Shown: piece by piece, positions 15,780-29,694 of the stretch
Position numbering within the stretch: the stretch's first letter is position 1
Layout of the letters: the number at the start of each line of letters is the position of its first letter
DNA from: Eledone cirrhosa
Taxonomy: Eukaryota
Reading direction: 5' to 3'
DNA length: 64,000 bases
NCBI GenBank assembly: GCA_964016885.1
Contig: OZ024740.1
Coordinates: 280,674,001 to 280,738,000, forward strand
Program-made: the position numbers and the translations under genes
The notes under the pieces: generated by a model
Told to the model about the DNA's origin: nothing
Database searches by the model: none
The model's input: the letters and a program-made list of their open reading frames with translations, nothing else

Positions 15780-15922
15780 CATAATCGGAGAAAGCTAATA
15801 GCGATACTCCGGCCAAATCTTAACTCATTCAACAAACATTAGGAAATAACTGAGTATATTCCTAATTAAACGTTCGGGGTGCTAACTAATTGTATTGTGT
15901 GGAAAATTGGCTGTATCATTTC

Positions 15923-15976
<54 letters not shown>

Positions 15977-16349
15977 ATATATCAATCTGTAAATGTAAAA
16001 TGAACATATATGAATACTGCAAATTTAATATATACACACACATGCCTCCCACAACACATCTAGACACATACACACATGCACATATACACACATGCAAGCA
16101 TATATTTGTGACATCTAATTATTTGGTTGTGAATGAAATTTATTGATACACAGTTGTGCATTGTTTCTACGAAGTAGCTACGTGGCTATTACTACTTCTA
16201 CAACGCTGGTGTCACAATATTTTAGTGTACATTTGAGCAATTTCTGTCTTGGTAACATATATAGTTTTTATTTAAGTCGAAGTTCAAATCCCACCGATGT
16301 CACCGTTGTTTTTTATCCTTCCTTTGCTTTTTATCTTCCTCGAGGAGGT

Positions 16350-19035
16350 GCGTAGCCTGTTAATTTATAATAGTTTATAACTTACAATAGTTTATAACTT
16401 TGCCTATTGATCCGTATGGTGAGTAAATGGGGTCCCACGTGCTGGCTTCCCCACAACCCCAGTGGACAGGATGGAGAAGGGGTTTCCCCCGAGGATGGTA
16501 ATGGAGTTGCGCTGGAAGAGCCATTCCAACTCGCGAGGCTTACACCTGCGGCTGACCAGCTTAGCGCCTATGGTGGTGAATAGGAGGTAGCAATAGAGCC
16601 AAGGAACCAGAAGTCTCCACTGCTAAGGGCGCGAACCGCGAACCTGTCGGAGTGCGACCGGTACTTGGAGGGTTTGGCCTCCTCAGCCCGAAGTGCAGCA
16701 GTACCTGGGTTAGTAGTATACTGCACCAGGTTGCGGTTGGAGAATGTGTCGGTGCAATTGGCATCCCAGACGAGGGGTTTGCCACCGCGGAACGGGAAGA
16801 TGGTCATACCATCTGGCCTTTTGCCGTCCCCTCGGTCCAGCTCCACCGGCTCGATTTGGGAGAGGAAGCCTGCAGCGTCCAAGCCATGCTTTATGACCTT
16901 GTTGAGGGCAGCATGGCGTGGAAGGCGGCCTGCACTGTGGCGACGGGAAAGCGGGTGGAGGCCGAAAAGTCCACGGTAGATCCACAGCGACATTTATGTG
17001 GCTCGCAGATCCGGAGTCCAAGTCTGAAGGAAACGCCGATGCGTAGGCTATCGTTATCCAGCTGCGAGCCATTGGAGAGGGAGGGAAAAGCATGGAGCCA
17101 GGCACCACTCTGGAGTTTGGAGGCCGCGCGAAAACAGGCAAGGCAGTGTTGGTCGAGCTGGCGCGTGAGCCTGTCTGAGGCCAGGTTGCACTGGATGGCA
17201 TCCCAAATGCTTTGGCGTATTTGACGTCAGCAGGGGGAGAAGTAGGAGGGACGTCTACTTGAATAAGTCCCAATCTGTCCCACGTCACATAGGCGGCATC
17301 ACGTTCCCTGAACCCAGAGGGTTCTATTGCGTTTTGGAGAACCCTGCTGACGAGGACGCGGCATGAGGTTACCGATGAAAGAAACGCCGGCAAAGCCAGT
17401 GAGATCGGGGACCGGAGACCAAGGCTGCCATATCTGACAGGTAAAGTGGCCTGTTGCCATCCAATGTCGTCAAACCTGACGTTGCATATCTCCTCAGCTG
17501 CCGCTCGGATACAAGTATGGACGTCAACGAGGAGAGATGCGTGGCTGTAGCACGGAGCGCTGCGAAGGGTGTAGAGGAGCTTCGGCATGGCGAAGCAGTT
17601 TCTCAACAGGAAGAGAGTTGGGTTGCCGTCGATCAAGCCCAGTCGGCTCATGAGGGACTGGAGTTGTTGGAGTTTAGACCTGGTAGAGCGGGTGGATCGG
17701 TGACCCGAGACGGAGGCTGCAAAACTCTCAGCATGATGACTGACATTCACCACCTCCGACTTGGACGAGTTGACCTGGAGGCCGATTCCCGCCAGGGCAG
17801 GAACCACCGATTGAAGGTCATGGCAGACAGTCTCTACGGGCCCACCCAGCGTAGCATCATCCAGGTACCAATCATTGAGAGGAAGGGCAGTGATACTCCG
17901 GGAAATGTGGTCTATATCAAGGACAAACAGGAGGGGGTCCACAGGGTCGCCCTGTTGGACCCCAGTGGCCGAAGGTATGATCGTCTCAGCAGTTAGGAAC
18001 ATGCTCGGGTTCCATATGACAAGTAGGCGGAGGGGGATCGGCTGAAGTAGGCATCGAGCAGATGGTCCCGGCGTATGCAGTTAAAGGCATTCCTCATGTC
18101 AAGCTTGACAATGAGGTGCCTGGAGTCCCTGGAAGCCGGTTCCGGTGGGCAGCTGTTGAAGAACTGCCTGGTTGCTTGTGCGGCCTCCTCAAAGCCACCA
18201 GACACGCTGACACCAAGTTGCACCGGACTGAACTCCCGACCCAATTCAGGTGTTATGGACCTGCAGACCACCTTAGCAGCCAGCCTCCGAAAGACATTGC
18301 CCACAGCGATGGGGCGTATGCCACCCTCTTTGTTCCCGAGAGCGGCCAGGCTAGCCGAAAAAAAGAGGCCTCGGGCGTGAGGATCCATGGGACCATGGAT
18401 AAGTCTATTGGTGAGTGCCACAATTGGACTCAGAAGGCGGCGCCCGGCCTCAGCGGAGAGGGGGGATAGCAACTCCTTGAGATGGCCTGGTCGGAGACCA
18501 TCAGCACCTCCGCTGCTGCTAACTGGGAAGGACTTGATGGTAGACATGATGTCTGCGTCAGAAGCCACAAGGAGCAGGTGGCGATCGGGTGGGGGTATGG
18601 GTCGGAGGTCAACGGGTGGCTCAGGGTGCTTGAGTCGCAGGGCAGCCAGGACCTCCTCGGTGGGTTGGAGGACAGTGTCCTCTGAGGCAACCACTCTGAC
18701 TGCGGCCGAGACATCCCCCATGATAAGTTTAGCGTTTACGTGGTCACGCAAACGCTTGGCGCTCTGGCCTCAGGGGTGGAGGATTGGAGGCACCCAAGAG
18801 CAAGAGGTGTAGCGTCCTTCGGCACGCTTGGTATGGGCGCTTGCCCAAAGGACGAAACATTGGCCTTGACAAAGTCTGCTCTCGACAGGCCGCCTCGGTC
18901 AGCGCCAAAGGTGGGGAGGCCGAGGGTGAGTGGCGCGAAATAGAAGAGGCGCTCCCAGTCGCTGGCTCGATTGGAGTTCAGAGCACTCTCGATTGAGAAA
19001 GCGAGGGCATCGGCTACCGGCACCCATATTTGCCA
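16350..19035 (-). mobile_element. CRE-clade-like non-LTR retrotransposon (RT + restriction-like endonuclease), 5'-truncated and frameshifted
   Basis: GGIRPIAVGNVFRRL, LDMRNAFN, GVQQGDP, WYLDD, QQATLPVRYGSLGL, RH..LN, RPDG...GKPLVWD, AEEAK.SKY across ORFs 16561-19059; GC-rich relative to flanks. Confidence 0.85.
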
Positions 19036-19390
19036 TAATCCAGCAATTGTTAAATGCAAAGATCTCTACCCTTACAATTCATGTATACACTTAGATGTAT
19101 AGTAAACCTACGTACATGTGTATTTATAGAAGCACACCTAAACATGTAAACATACTAATACAGTATGTCAATGTAAATAGGGATCTAGATATATGAAGCC
19201 ACACACGATGAATTTTGTAAATACGTAGCCGTGTTTAAGTAATGTGTGTGTGTGCGCTTGTTGCACCCCCGTCGGTTCCGACGACAAGTGTTCCAGTTGC
19301 GTGACCAACGAAATTAACGTACAAATGGTTGAACACTCTACACACGCAGAGAGAACTAAATAGAGAGAAGAGAGAATGAAAGAGAGAAAG

Positions 19391-19465
<75 letters not shown>

Positions 19466-19539
19466 CAGACACACACACAGAGTTTTCTTAGTTGAAAAAC
19501 CAAATATAAATGAATATTCCATACATATTAATTACGGTT

Positions 19540-21520
19540 AACCTGGCGGTTGCTGCAGACTCCTGAACAATTAAAAATTAAAGCGCCCAAATGTTGCAAG
19601 ACCTCTGAGTAGGATGCAATTCGGCCCAATATGTTAATCAGGAGTGGTATTTCCAATGTTCCCGAAGGAAGACTAGAGATATTGCTCTAATTATAGAGGA
19701 ATCTCATTGTTAAGCCTCCCATATTAAGTATAGAATCTGGCAAAGTATAGTTGAGTCCAAGCTAGCTGATGAAGAGTTTATTTATAGCCCCAGGCGTACC
19801 ACTGCCGACCAAGAATACCTGCCACAGAGTGAATATTTGAGTGAATATGTAGAGGAAGAAAACTGATGAACCGCAAAATCTTGGCCATAAAGTGGATGGA
19901 TTGCCGGAATATACAACATAAGTAGACTATCAGTGATAGTCAAATCTTCAGAATAACTAGTAACTTCTATTCAATACCAGACCAATACATGGCACACCAC
20001 ATTGCTTCTTAGAAGCGATAAAAAGTAAATTGAATCAGATATACACTATCAAAACGTTACCATGCAGGTTGATAATTTGTTAGTGCAGCGCTTTGTCCTT
20101 TCGCACAACCTACTATCGTACCTGGTCACAAAACATAGTGGTCATAAAATGGACCTTCCAAAGTTTCTTTGGCGAGAACCTGAAGTTTATGAAGCAAACA
20201 TCAACCATATTAAAAAGCAATTAGATTGCATTACCCAATTTTCCATAGACATTGGAATGTAATTTTGCAAGTCCAAATGAGCATTTTTCGTGATAGGTCG
20301 TCCCTTCCGTTTCCCGAAAATCTAAAAATGAACCGCTTGACGATACAACTACTACGATTAAATGACTACTATTGGTATCCTGAACAGGACAAGAATGGTA
20401 TACATAATAGGATTTGGAATGAATACCCTACGAGGGTAAGAGAATATAGTCATCAAAACTCTCAGCCTACAACAAGCACATTGTCCCCAACAAGCACATT
20501 GTCAGCTTTACTGTGTCCATCCTAGCTTTAACATTTGGTCTTCTGAACTGGTCACTGCAAGAATTCAACAAAGTGGATGAAATAAGTTGTATGTTGCACA
20601 ATATTACTGGATATTTCAACATCAACGGGATAGCAAATAGGGTGATAGGGGCATAAGATCCCCATTAACATCATACGAAACTGGATTGAAGCACAACAGC
20701 TTCAACTGAAGAAAAAGGCCATTATCCATCTCACCCTTCTTTATGAGCATAAACAAAGCAATAGTGTTAGGATAGCCATTGAAATAGAAGAAAGCTATGA
20801 AATATAAGCTGATATAAATCTCTTTCCCAAGAACACAGGAAAACATTAGTCAATGCTGGAGCAAAAATTGCTTAGTTCATTGAGAAAGTTGTACATGGGT
20901 ACTTGAGAACAAAAGCGCAAACTACAGAGGGAATAAACCACACTAAAATCCTGACATGGAATTTCGACAAGTATTTAATATTTAATCTTGAAGGATGCCT
21001 TCATGCAATCTAGTAAGAAGATATCCTCACTAAGAACCTACTGCATTAAATAGGAAAACCACAGGCTAAAGACCAAAGCTATTAGCTACATAACTGCCAA
21101 CTGTGAAAGAATATCTTCCTACTCGTTATTATCTCCTATGAGACACGATATGATAGAGCAATTTGGAATACACAATCTGGAAATAAATAAGAACAAATTA
21201 TAATGAATATAATGTGATTGGTGGTTCAAATTAATATTGGTAGAAACCATGACCAAATTAAAACAGCCAATATGATTGTTTGTGTCCACTCGAGGTTAAT
21301 GAAGTAAGAAGGATACAAGAGGAGAATATATACAGACTATTGATGTGTATCCAAAATACACCTGTTTCATACCTATCATTATTGATGTCACATGATATAT
21401 ACCAATCGACGACCTGCACCAAAGAGTGACTTCTTGAAGGAAGAACAATATTTGAAACCATAAAAGTCTGTAAAACATTCATATGATTCAAAGGGTGAAC
21501 GACTGCATAACGGCCCAAGG
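19540..21520 (+). mobile_element. Highly degraded R4/Dong-like non-LTR retrotransposon
   Basis: Remnant RT motifs FVLSHNLLS, QFSIDIGM*F..SK, EY..RVR with many stops and frameshifts. Confidence 0.55.
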
Positions 21521-21770
21521 AGATTTCGTTTTCTATACAACCTTGATGCCGGGATGGTGACCATTAAAAAATAAACTGAAAATTAAAAAAAGGATATACA
21601 CATAAATATATATATACATACATACATAAATACATACATACATAAATACTGGATTTTCACTCTGAAACTGGATATACACCCGGAGTCTACCTGAACTTCC
21701 ACCAGGAAATCTTTTCGTATCACTGATATTTTCTTTTCTTCTTACATACATACATACATAGATACATACA

Positions 21771-22090
21771 TGGTGGCTGCCAACTCGTTTTCGAGTACGG
21801 CCACTACTTTATATCCATGTAGGAGAACCCCTACCGATGCGCTGAACGAGTGTAACTTTTTAGTTCAGCCAGCGACTTGAAAACTCTGGTACAAACACTA
21901 CACTTGTGACAATTATTGACACATAGTGCTGGGCCCATGGTACCATGTGACGACAAGTGCAGAGAGATCTCCAGATATAAAGCAATGCCTGTGTCGTGAA
22001 GCTTTTATAGTGAGCAAAGGCACTGCACAAAGCCAGTCCCACTCTCTTAACCAAAAAGAAGAACAAGTCAACATCATTGGATACCATCAT
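21771..22090 (-). mobile_element. RTE-like LINE 3' end with C-terminal C2H2 finger
   Basis: Near-identical to 53135-53460, which encodes CSVCTRVFRSLAELKSHTRSAHR*; diverged copy near 60920-61100. Confidence 0.6.
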
Positions 22091-22874
22091 ACATACATAC
22101 ATGCACGATAGCTGCATCTCACTTTTGAGAATTGCCATTACTTGAGCCTTTTCTCACATATGAGTGGCGCGAACGTGATGTTTTCTCCCGAAAGGACTTA
22201 TATTCATCTTTGCATATGCTGCAACAAAAAGACCATGCCTTTTCAACTACGGTCAGTCATATTCATGCAACACACGTGTAAGATATTTAGTTTTTAATTG
22301 ACGAAAGACCTTGCGCTGGATCAATCCCATACACTAAAACAACGGTGACAGGTATTCCCCAAAAGAACAGGTGAACATTATTGGTTGGCATCGAGTTGTA
22401 GGGCTTATACCAGAGTTTTCCTGCTCCTAAAATGGAATGATGTCTTAACAAGGGCCATGGGTCTACCACTCCAGATTGGCTAACCACGCGCTTGTGTACC
22501 AAACCGAGTATTTTCATACTCTCCCACCACACACACACACACCCATACACACACATATATATATATATATACATACATACATAATTACATACATACATAA
22601 TTACATATATAAATACATACATACACTTGACGCGAGTATTCGCACATGCAACGTAGGAAACTATTCATTAAATTTAAGATGAATACTCTATCCAACGGTA
22701 ATGCCACAACTACCAGCATTGTTAAATAACTGGTTATTCTTCTGAAAACAGATTAATTCCAAAACAGAAATATTCATACAACCATTGCATTCAGCTTACA
22801 AAGATATGCTACAAACAATATGGTTGGACACGACAACATCGACAACTAAACAGAAATTCATTATTTCATATATA

Positions 22875-23265
22875 AGGGCGGTGGATTGGCAGTATCGGTA
22901 GGGGGTCGGACGCCATGCTTCTCCAGCATAGTTACGTCCCTTTACGATCTGAGTTCAAATCTCGCCGAGGTTGACTTTGCCTTTCATCCTTACGGGGTCG
23001 ATAAAATAAAGTACCAGTAAAGCACTGGGTAATTGCTGGCCTTGTGCCTAAAGTAGAAACAATTATTTCATATATAAGGGCGGTGGATTGGCAGTATCGG
23101 TAGGGGGTCGGACGCCATGCTTCTACAGCATAGTTACGTCCCTTTACGGTCTGAGTTCAAATCCCGCCGAGGTTAACTTTGCCTTTCATCCTTACGTGGT
23201 CGATAAAAGAAAGTAATGCACTGGGATAATTGCTGACCTTGTGCCAAACGTAGAAACAATTATTT
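22875..23265 (+). mobile_element. Tandem pair of Deu/Nin-domain tRNA-SINEs
   Basis: Two ~190-bp copies with A box TGGCAGTATCGG, B box GTTCAAATC, core GCCTTTCATCCTTACGGGGTCGATAAAA and tail GTAGAAACAATT; ATTATTTCATATATAAGGG occurs three times. Confidence 0.9.
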
Positions 23266-23415
23266 CATATATAAGGGTGGGTTGACAAGCTCATAGGCTG
23301 ACTATGAAGGAATGCTGCTAATGCTGTGAAATCTTGCATGCATTAATTTTAAATCTTATTAATAACTGCATTGTTTCTTTCCAGGGACTATTTACACACG
23401 CACACACATACATAT

Positions 23416-23512
<97 letters not shown>

Positions 23513-23522
23513 CGGAATGTAA

Positions 23523-23588
<66 letters not shown>

Positions 23589-24869
23589 ATATATTCCGTA
23601 AATCAATTGACGACATTACAATTACCATTCTGTTCCCGTTTATGATAGAAAAATAAAAATCTTGACTCTATTACCGCTTTCTTTGTTTCTCTCTCCAAAT
23701 TATCCAGTAATTATATTATAAGAACTAAAAGGAGGAAAAAAGGTTAAGTCGCCACAAAACGAGCAAACGAAATTAAATTGAAACAGTTTAACTAAATCAA
23801 TCCAATAGGTGCTATGCTTCTTCAATCATTGCCCGTTTCTGTTGTGGCGAATATTGTAAATTCGGAAACACATGCTGCCGAAACACTTATAGTTTACCCT
23901 CAACATATCATGTAAACAATTGCTGTTTTCCGTCACAACGATCAAGTCAAGTGAATGGGAACGGAAGCAGTTTCCGTTTTCCCATCAGTTGCCAAAAGAA
24001 ACAATTAATTCATATTTGTCCATAAATTCTCCCACGGTATTCAATATGAATCTGGTGTGCTATCCAGTAATTGTTTCTTTCTTCTTCCGGCCAATATTTC
24101 ATTCGGTAATCCAATTTGTAGATGAATAAAATATATCGGACTGATATTGATTTGGTATTGAAAGAGTGAAAATACTGTGCAAAGAATAGTATTCTCAAAT
24201 ATATTGTATGTATATTATGTTAATATACAAAGTTAGTTGATATATCATTTAGTGCCATATGTTCATACACATTGTTTTATCGCTATGAGTATTATTCTCA
24301 TCAACAGTTATTTAAAATGTGGCTACTTCTTATAAAATGGCTGCTCTGAAAAGCGCTATTGATAGAGAAACCTTTCGTAGTACATGCATCTAGAAATAGC
24401 TTAGTCTGATTCCCCAAGAACAGTTTTCTGTGTATAATACGTTTAAATTCAGACAGGCTTCTATCTCTTGCCTACCTTGCTTGGAAAAATAAAAATATTC
24501 AAATCTGGTTATAAATCTTTAACGAGATGACTCTCTCTCTCTATTCCTCATTAACCACTCTCTCTCTATGATTGTCTCTCTCTCTCCCCCTCTCTCTTAC
24601 CTTTTATCTCTCACTTCTTGTTTAAAAATATGTTTGTTTGTCTATACCTATGTGTAAACGATATAGTCTAAAGTAGAGTTTCTTTCATGGCTTGTAATTG
24701 TAAGTTTCAAATTAGTTATGTGATATCTAGTTTCGCGAGATCCGTACTGAGACAGCTACCTATATAATAAATCTTAAGTTATAGTGTGAGCGTAGTATGT
24801 TCAGATTTCTGATTATTACAACATAGGTGTTTTCTCTTCTTTTATTTTTAACATTATGCTAACGTCTAC

Positions 24870-25150
24870 TGGCGGGAGCGAATGGTAGAGTCGTTAGAAC
24901 GTCGGACAGAGTGCTTTGTGGTATTCGTTCAGGCTCTCTGAAGTCTGAGATCAGCTTTGAATTTCTTCCTTTCGAGGTCGATAAAAAAGAACCAGTCTAG
25001 TACTGGGGTCGATTATTCCTCTATATCTCTTTCTCACTTCCTCTCTCTCACTTTCTGTCCTTCTCTGGAAGAAATCTGCTCTTCTCAGGCTTGGCGAGAG
25101 GATGGGCTCCGCTAGGCTTAAAATATCCCCCCAAAAGCCGTATGTAAATA
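24870..25150 (+). mobile_element. Long-tailed Deu/Nin SINE subfamily
   Basis: tRNA head + Deu core + CT-rich tail; related copies at 2907-3150, 44340-44540, 63203-63530 and minus copies at 44830-45117 and 47153-47330. Confidence 0.75.
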
Positions 25151-27379
25151 AAGAATGATAGCTTGTTGAATTATAAATAATAACAAAAGAAGTATGAATG
25201 TATGTTCCTTGTGTGTATGTAGTAGCGAACGGTACAGCATGAATCAGTCAATGAAAGGTTATGCTCTCCACGTTCTTTCGCTCTGCCTCTCCAAAGTGCA
25301 GAATCCCAGGCGTATGACGCTTCACGTTACATGATGTTGCAAACATCATGTCTCAGAGGTAAATGATATTGTGATAACATAATCGAACCGCTGTTTCTGA
25401 TATGGATAATATATTAGGTATTAATCCCTACCTTTTTTATGTACCAAATATTTTGTTATATCCCTGCTCCTTTTGAGTTGAGATTTTCAGTCTCTGAATT
25501 ACAAAAGCACTCATACAAAGTGAGAGTTAATATAATTGTTTCTACTTTTGGCACAAGGTCAGCAATTATCCCAGTGTATTACTGGTACTTTATTTTATCG
25601 ACCCCTTAAGGATGAAAGGTAAAGTTAACCTCGATGGGATTTGAGAGTTAATATAATGACTGTTTATCGAGGATAGCTATGCATGAAATTCTGGTTATAA
25701 GTAAAAAAAACAACCTTTCCTCTAATTATGTGTAGCAGGAGAGCTGTGAAGTTTCCCTGTGCGTCCATTCCAAGGTATTCTCAACAAAGGAGTACTTTTC
25801 TAGGAGCTCCTTTCTAACTCTCATGATGCTATTTGTTTCATGTGTGCAGACGTGTCCCTTGGATACAAAGTAAACGTTTGACGTTAGCAAAAGCTCAATA
25901 ATGGATATGGTATGAATTTTAAAGGCTGTTCGAGTCAATATGACGCATGTCATTTAAAGAAAAGTATCAGTTTTGATGTGGAAATTACTGGGAGGAGTTA
26001 ATATCTTCAAACTTCTAACACGTATGTTCAGGATATCATCTTATATCTAACTGAGTAACCGAGAATTGGTATGAGTATGGAATACATGTTGGGTGAATGC
26101 TGTATAATAAATCGAATTCTAGGACCATACATTTGTTTTCACCCTGCTATAAAATTCCTTGTTATATATGATAGAGATTTTACTAAACAGGCTTGTAGGT
26201 TTTCCTCTATTTACAACCAAAAAGGAAGATTTAACTTTGCCAAATGTCCTTCCTGTATTATGCGGAAATATCATAAAAGAACCTATGTGTCAGACTGGTA
26301 TTTCTGTTTTACTGCGAATTAATCACATATCTTTCGTATTTTCTCAAGAAATAGGAAAATACGTTTATTGGCAGTATTACGAAAATAATCTACTTGGATT
26401 ACACAGAGAGAATATTTATTTATCTTTTCAGAGAAAAGCTAACACTTCCTATATTTAACTTAAGGATAGTTGCCCAAGATAGTGACACAGGACGGTGAAC
26501 CAGAATGTTAGTCCAGGACGATGCCAAGTTTTCTATATATGTCTGACACTTTAACATTCATGCCTGTAGATATAAAGCTTTACATAATGCGTTGGTGCAC
26601 CTAAAGCAACATATTTATCTATATTGGGAATTTTGCAGTCTCTGCATTTGCCTATCAACGTAGGAAACGAAAATAATGGCGTGCTGACAAAACATGAAAT
26701 TTACTTAAAACAATATAAATTGTTCGTTTCGGTTATAATATTGAACGGTATACATATTTAAACAGAGATTGGATACGTAGTTAGATGGACAAAAACAGAA
26801 TACCTATGAAAAACGAATAACGACACGAACAAAGCTGCAAAATAAATGGACAAAAACAACAGAAAAATAACTCCCCCACCATCACCACGACCGCCAACAA
26901 AACCAGATAACAACAACAGCATCAACAACATCAACAACATCGACAACAACAAAAACCACAACTACAGCAGCAACAACAACAACCACAAATGACCACACGA
27001 ATGTTGCCTTCTTTTAAGGATAGAGAAACATAAAGGTCACAATGAATGAGACTCGGGGTTTCCCTGAAGTTTGATCCTCCGGATCTGCGATCCACACAAA
27101 TGTCGCTGCGGATCCACCGTAGACTCTTTCAGATATATGGATATAACGTACAGAGATATAACTACGATGGAGGTTAAGAATATTATGGGATTATATATGA
27201 TGATGATAGTTGTGGTGGTGGTGTGTGTATGTGCCTATGTGTGTGCACATAGGATATGAGATAAGAGGAATAAAGAAAATAAGGAAAAAATGGAAAAGAT
27301 GAAAAGTTGAAGAATTTAGAAGATGAGAGAAATGACAATGGCAAAATGAAGGAAAAGAAATAAAAAAATATAAGAAAAT

Positions 27380-28790
27380 GAGGATCTTATAGTAGCGGTG
27401 CGTGGTAGGGAAAAGCTTTCCTATAAGGGAAAGTGTTCGGCTATGTTGGTAGATACCTTGGGACTGTAGGTGGGTATATCAGATGATCTTCCTGGCTCTG
27501 TGTTCTCTTGGTACAGGTAGGCTGAATATATGTTAGCTTCTCACTAAAACCACTTTTTTAATGCATGGATGAGTTAGGGGACCGCCGTGTCGAATATCTG
27601 TCTATTAGAAGATATGCTGGATATCCACCTGATCAAGTTCGTTATTCTTTGATGCGTAATGCTGGAGGCTTTGTTGATGTAGTGGCAGTCTCCGTTAGGT
27701 TTCTGAAACGGTCGGTGTTAGCCCATGTTTAGATCCAGGGTTATATGGGTTATATCCAGGAAATCTGCAATGTTTAGGTTGCGTATAACAGTCGATCTCA
27801 GGCCTTGCTGACTCACCACGCTAATTAGGGTTTATCTCAGCTTATCCATATCGTGTCCGTTACAGTTGCGGACTATACCAAGTCCATCGTCCTTATACAG
27901 TCCAAGTTCAGCGCCTGGGTGTTTATTCTTCGGGGGGTGTAACAGGTATTGAGTGACAAGATCTGCCACCCCCGCCCATCGAAACTATCCATTTCAACGT
28001 CGAAAAGGAGGAGTAGCTCGCGAGAGACGAATGGGTAGAAACCAACAATGTCAAATTGTATGAACTTGCAGCTATGTTTGTTATCTATGTTGTTAAACCA
28101 TTTGATGGCGGCACTGCTGAAGTTCCATTTCATGAGATTGGTATATTTGATTGTGGTGTTTATATTGTCGAGAATTTCCTTGCTGTCCTTACCCATTTCA
28201 CTCTTCATGGGGTTGATTAGACGACATTTTGGGTTTACAGTAAAACTTTCTTTATGGTCCTTTAGCAGAAACAAGGGTTTTAGTTGTACACACTATGGTT
28301 GTTTTATTTTTGTAGGTATCCGTGATGTTACTGGACAGTAGTGAATCGTACAAAGATGTATCTAATTCGTAGGTGTTCCTGGTTTTATCAGCCCGTACGA
28401 ATAGATTCCTTAAGTTTTTGAAAGGGAGTGTGTTATCTTTGAAGTCTTGTTGGAAGTTATTAGTGTATTTGTAAAATTTTACTTTTTTATTTAGGTTGAT
28501 TAGGTCAGTTTCAAAGGGGGTAGCATATCCTTGTTGTAAGGGTGATTCTTCTGTGAATTAAATCCGAACTTATGTTCATAAGCGGATGCAGGTGCATTCT
28601 TATCGAAAAAAATAGGCCTTTCTTCCATTTCATACGCTTAAGAAAACATTCCGTTTTTTCAATAGGTCCCTTGGTGTAGAAATTCCTAGTGGGTATTCCA
28701 ATGCTCTTCAGCGAATGTGTTATGTGTCATCGGGAGTCTTTCTATATTTTTAACCAGAAGATTTCCGAGCGTCGAGAGTGGTCTACCGGC
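27380..28790 (-). mobile_element. Degraded PLE RT fragment (Naiad-like)
   Basis: ORF 27873-28274 LKDHKESF..NPKCRLINP.KSEMGK.SK.ILD...AIKWF......FIQFDI..FYP, homologous to the 57159-57905 RT. Confidence 0.8.
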
Positions 28791-28962
28791 TGCAAGTAGT
28801 TGGGGGGGGGGGGGCAAAGGTCAAAGGTTAACATGCGTGTCCTTGTATCTTGTATATGTATATATACATCTTTAAAATTTGTTATTACTTTTACAATTTT
28901 TTTATATATTTCCTTGAATATTCATTATAAGTATAGGTATATTTTTCTGTATATATATATTT

Positions 28963-28998
<36 letters not shown>

Positions 28999-29471
28999 TT
29001 ACATATAGCGCCTGTATATGTGGATTTCGATGTATGTATGTGTATGTGCAGATATGTTTGCGTGTAGGCATGTATATTTATGTACATGTGTAATTATATA
29101 CATATGTATATTCCACTACCACTATATCCTTTCAGCCCACCAACATTTTCACTAACTTCCTATACACCCACCTTCACATTCACTACCTGCCGCCTACTGA
29201 CCTGGTAAAATTCTATGGCTATATCCATTGAACAGTTAAATTTCTATGGATATACTCACTACCACCCTTTATCGCTTCTCCTTTTTTTTCACAGCCATAC
29301 CACCACTGCCACAACCACCCTGCCTATCTTCATTACCCCTTCTCAATCAAATCCTCCTTCCCCACCTTAAGTCTTCCTCATTTATACTGTGTCTGCCATT
29401 GATACGTTAGTTCTTGTCTGATGACCCTGTGATAGACAGGCAAAAACTCCAGAAAACATGACTCTCTCTCC

Positions 29472-29504
<33 letters not shown>

Positions 29505-29514
29505 GGGTCGTCAA

Positions 29515-29550
29515 GTATGAAATTTGTAGAAATTTCTACAAATTTCATAC
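29515..29550. repeat. Perfect 36-bp palindrome
   Basis: GTATGAAATTTGTAGAAATTTCTACAAATTTCATAC equals its own reverse complement; follows a mariner-TIR-like TATTGGGTCG. Confidence 0.9.
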
Positions 29551-29636
29551 GAATTTCATAAGAATTTTGAGCAGCTTATCTGTTGAGAAACAAATTCAAC
29601 ATACATATTATATACGATATGATGCTTTAAATTAGT

Positions 29637-29689
<53 letters not shown>

Positions 29690-29694
<5 letters not shown>

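Noticed and set aside
16652-18996. Long plus-strand ORFs over the CRE element (and likewise over the Tx1 element)
   Set aside because: Antisense shadows of GC-rich retrotransposon coding sequence
22875-22965. tRNA-like A and B boxes
   Set aside because: SINE heads with extended spacing and no cloverleaf; not tRNA genes
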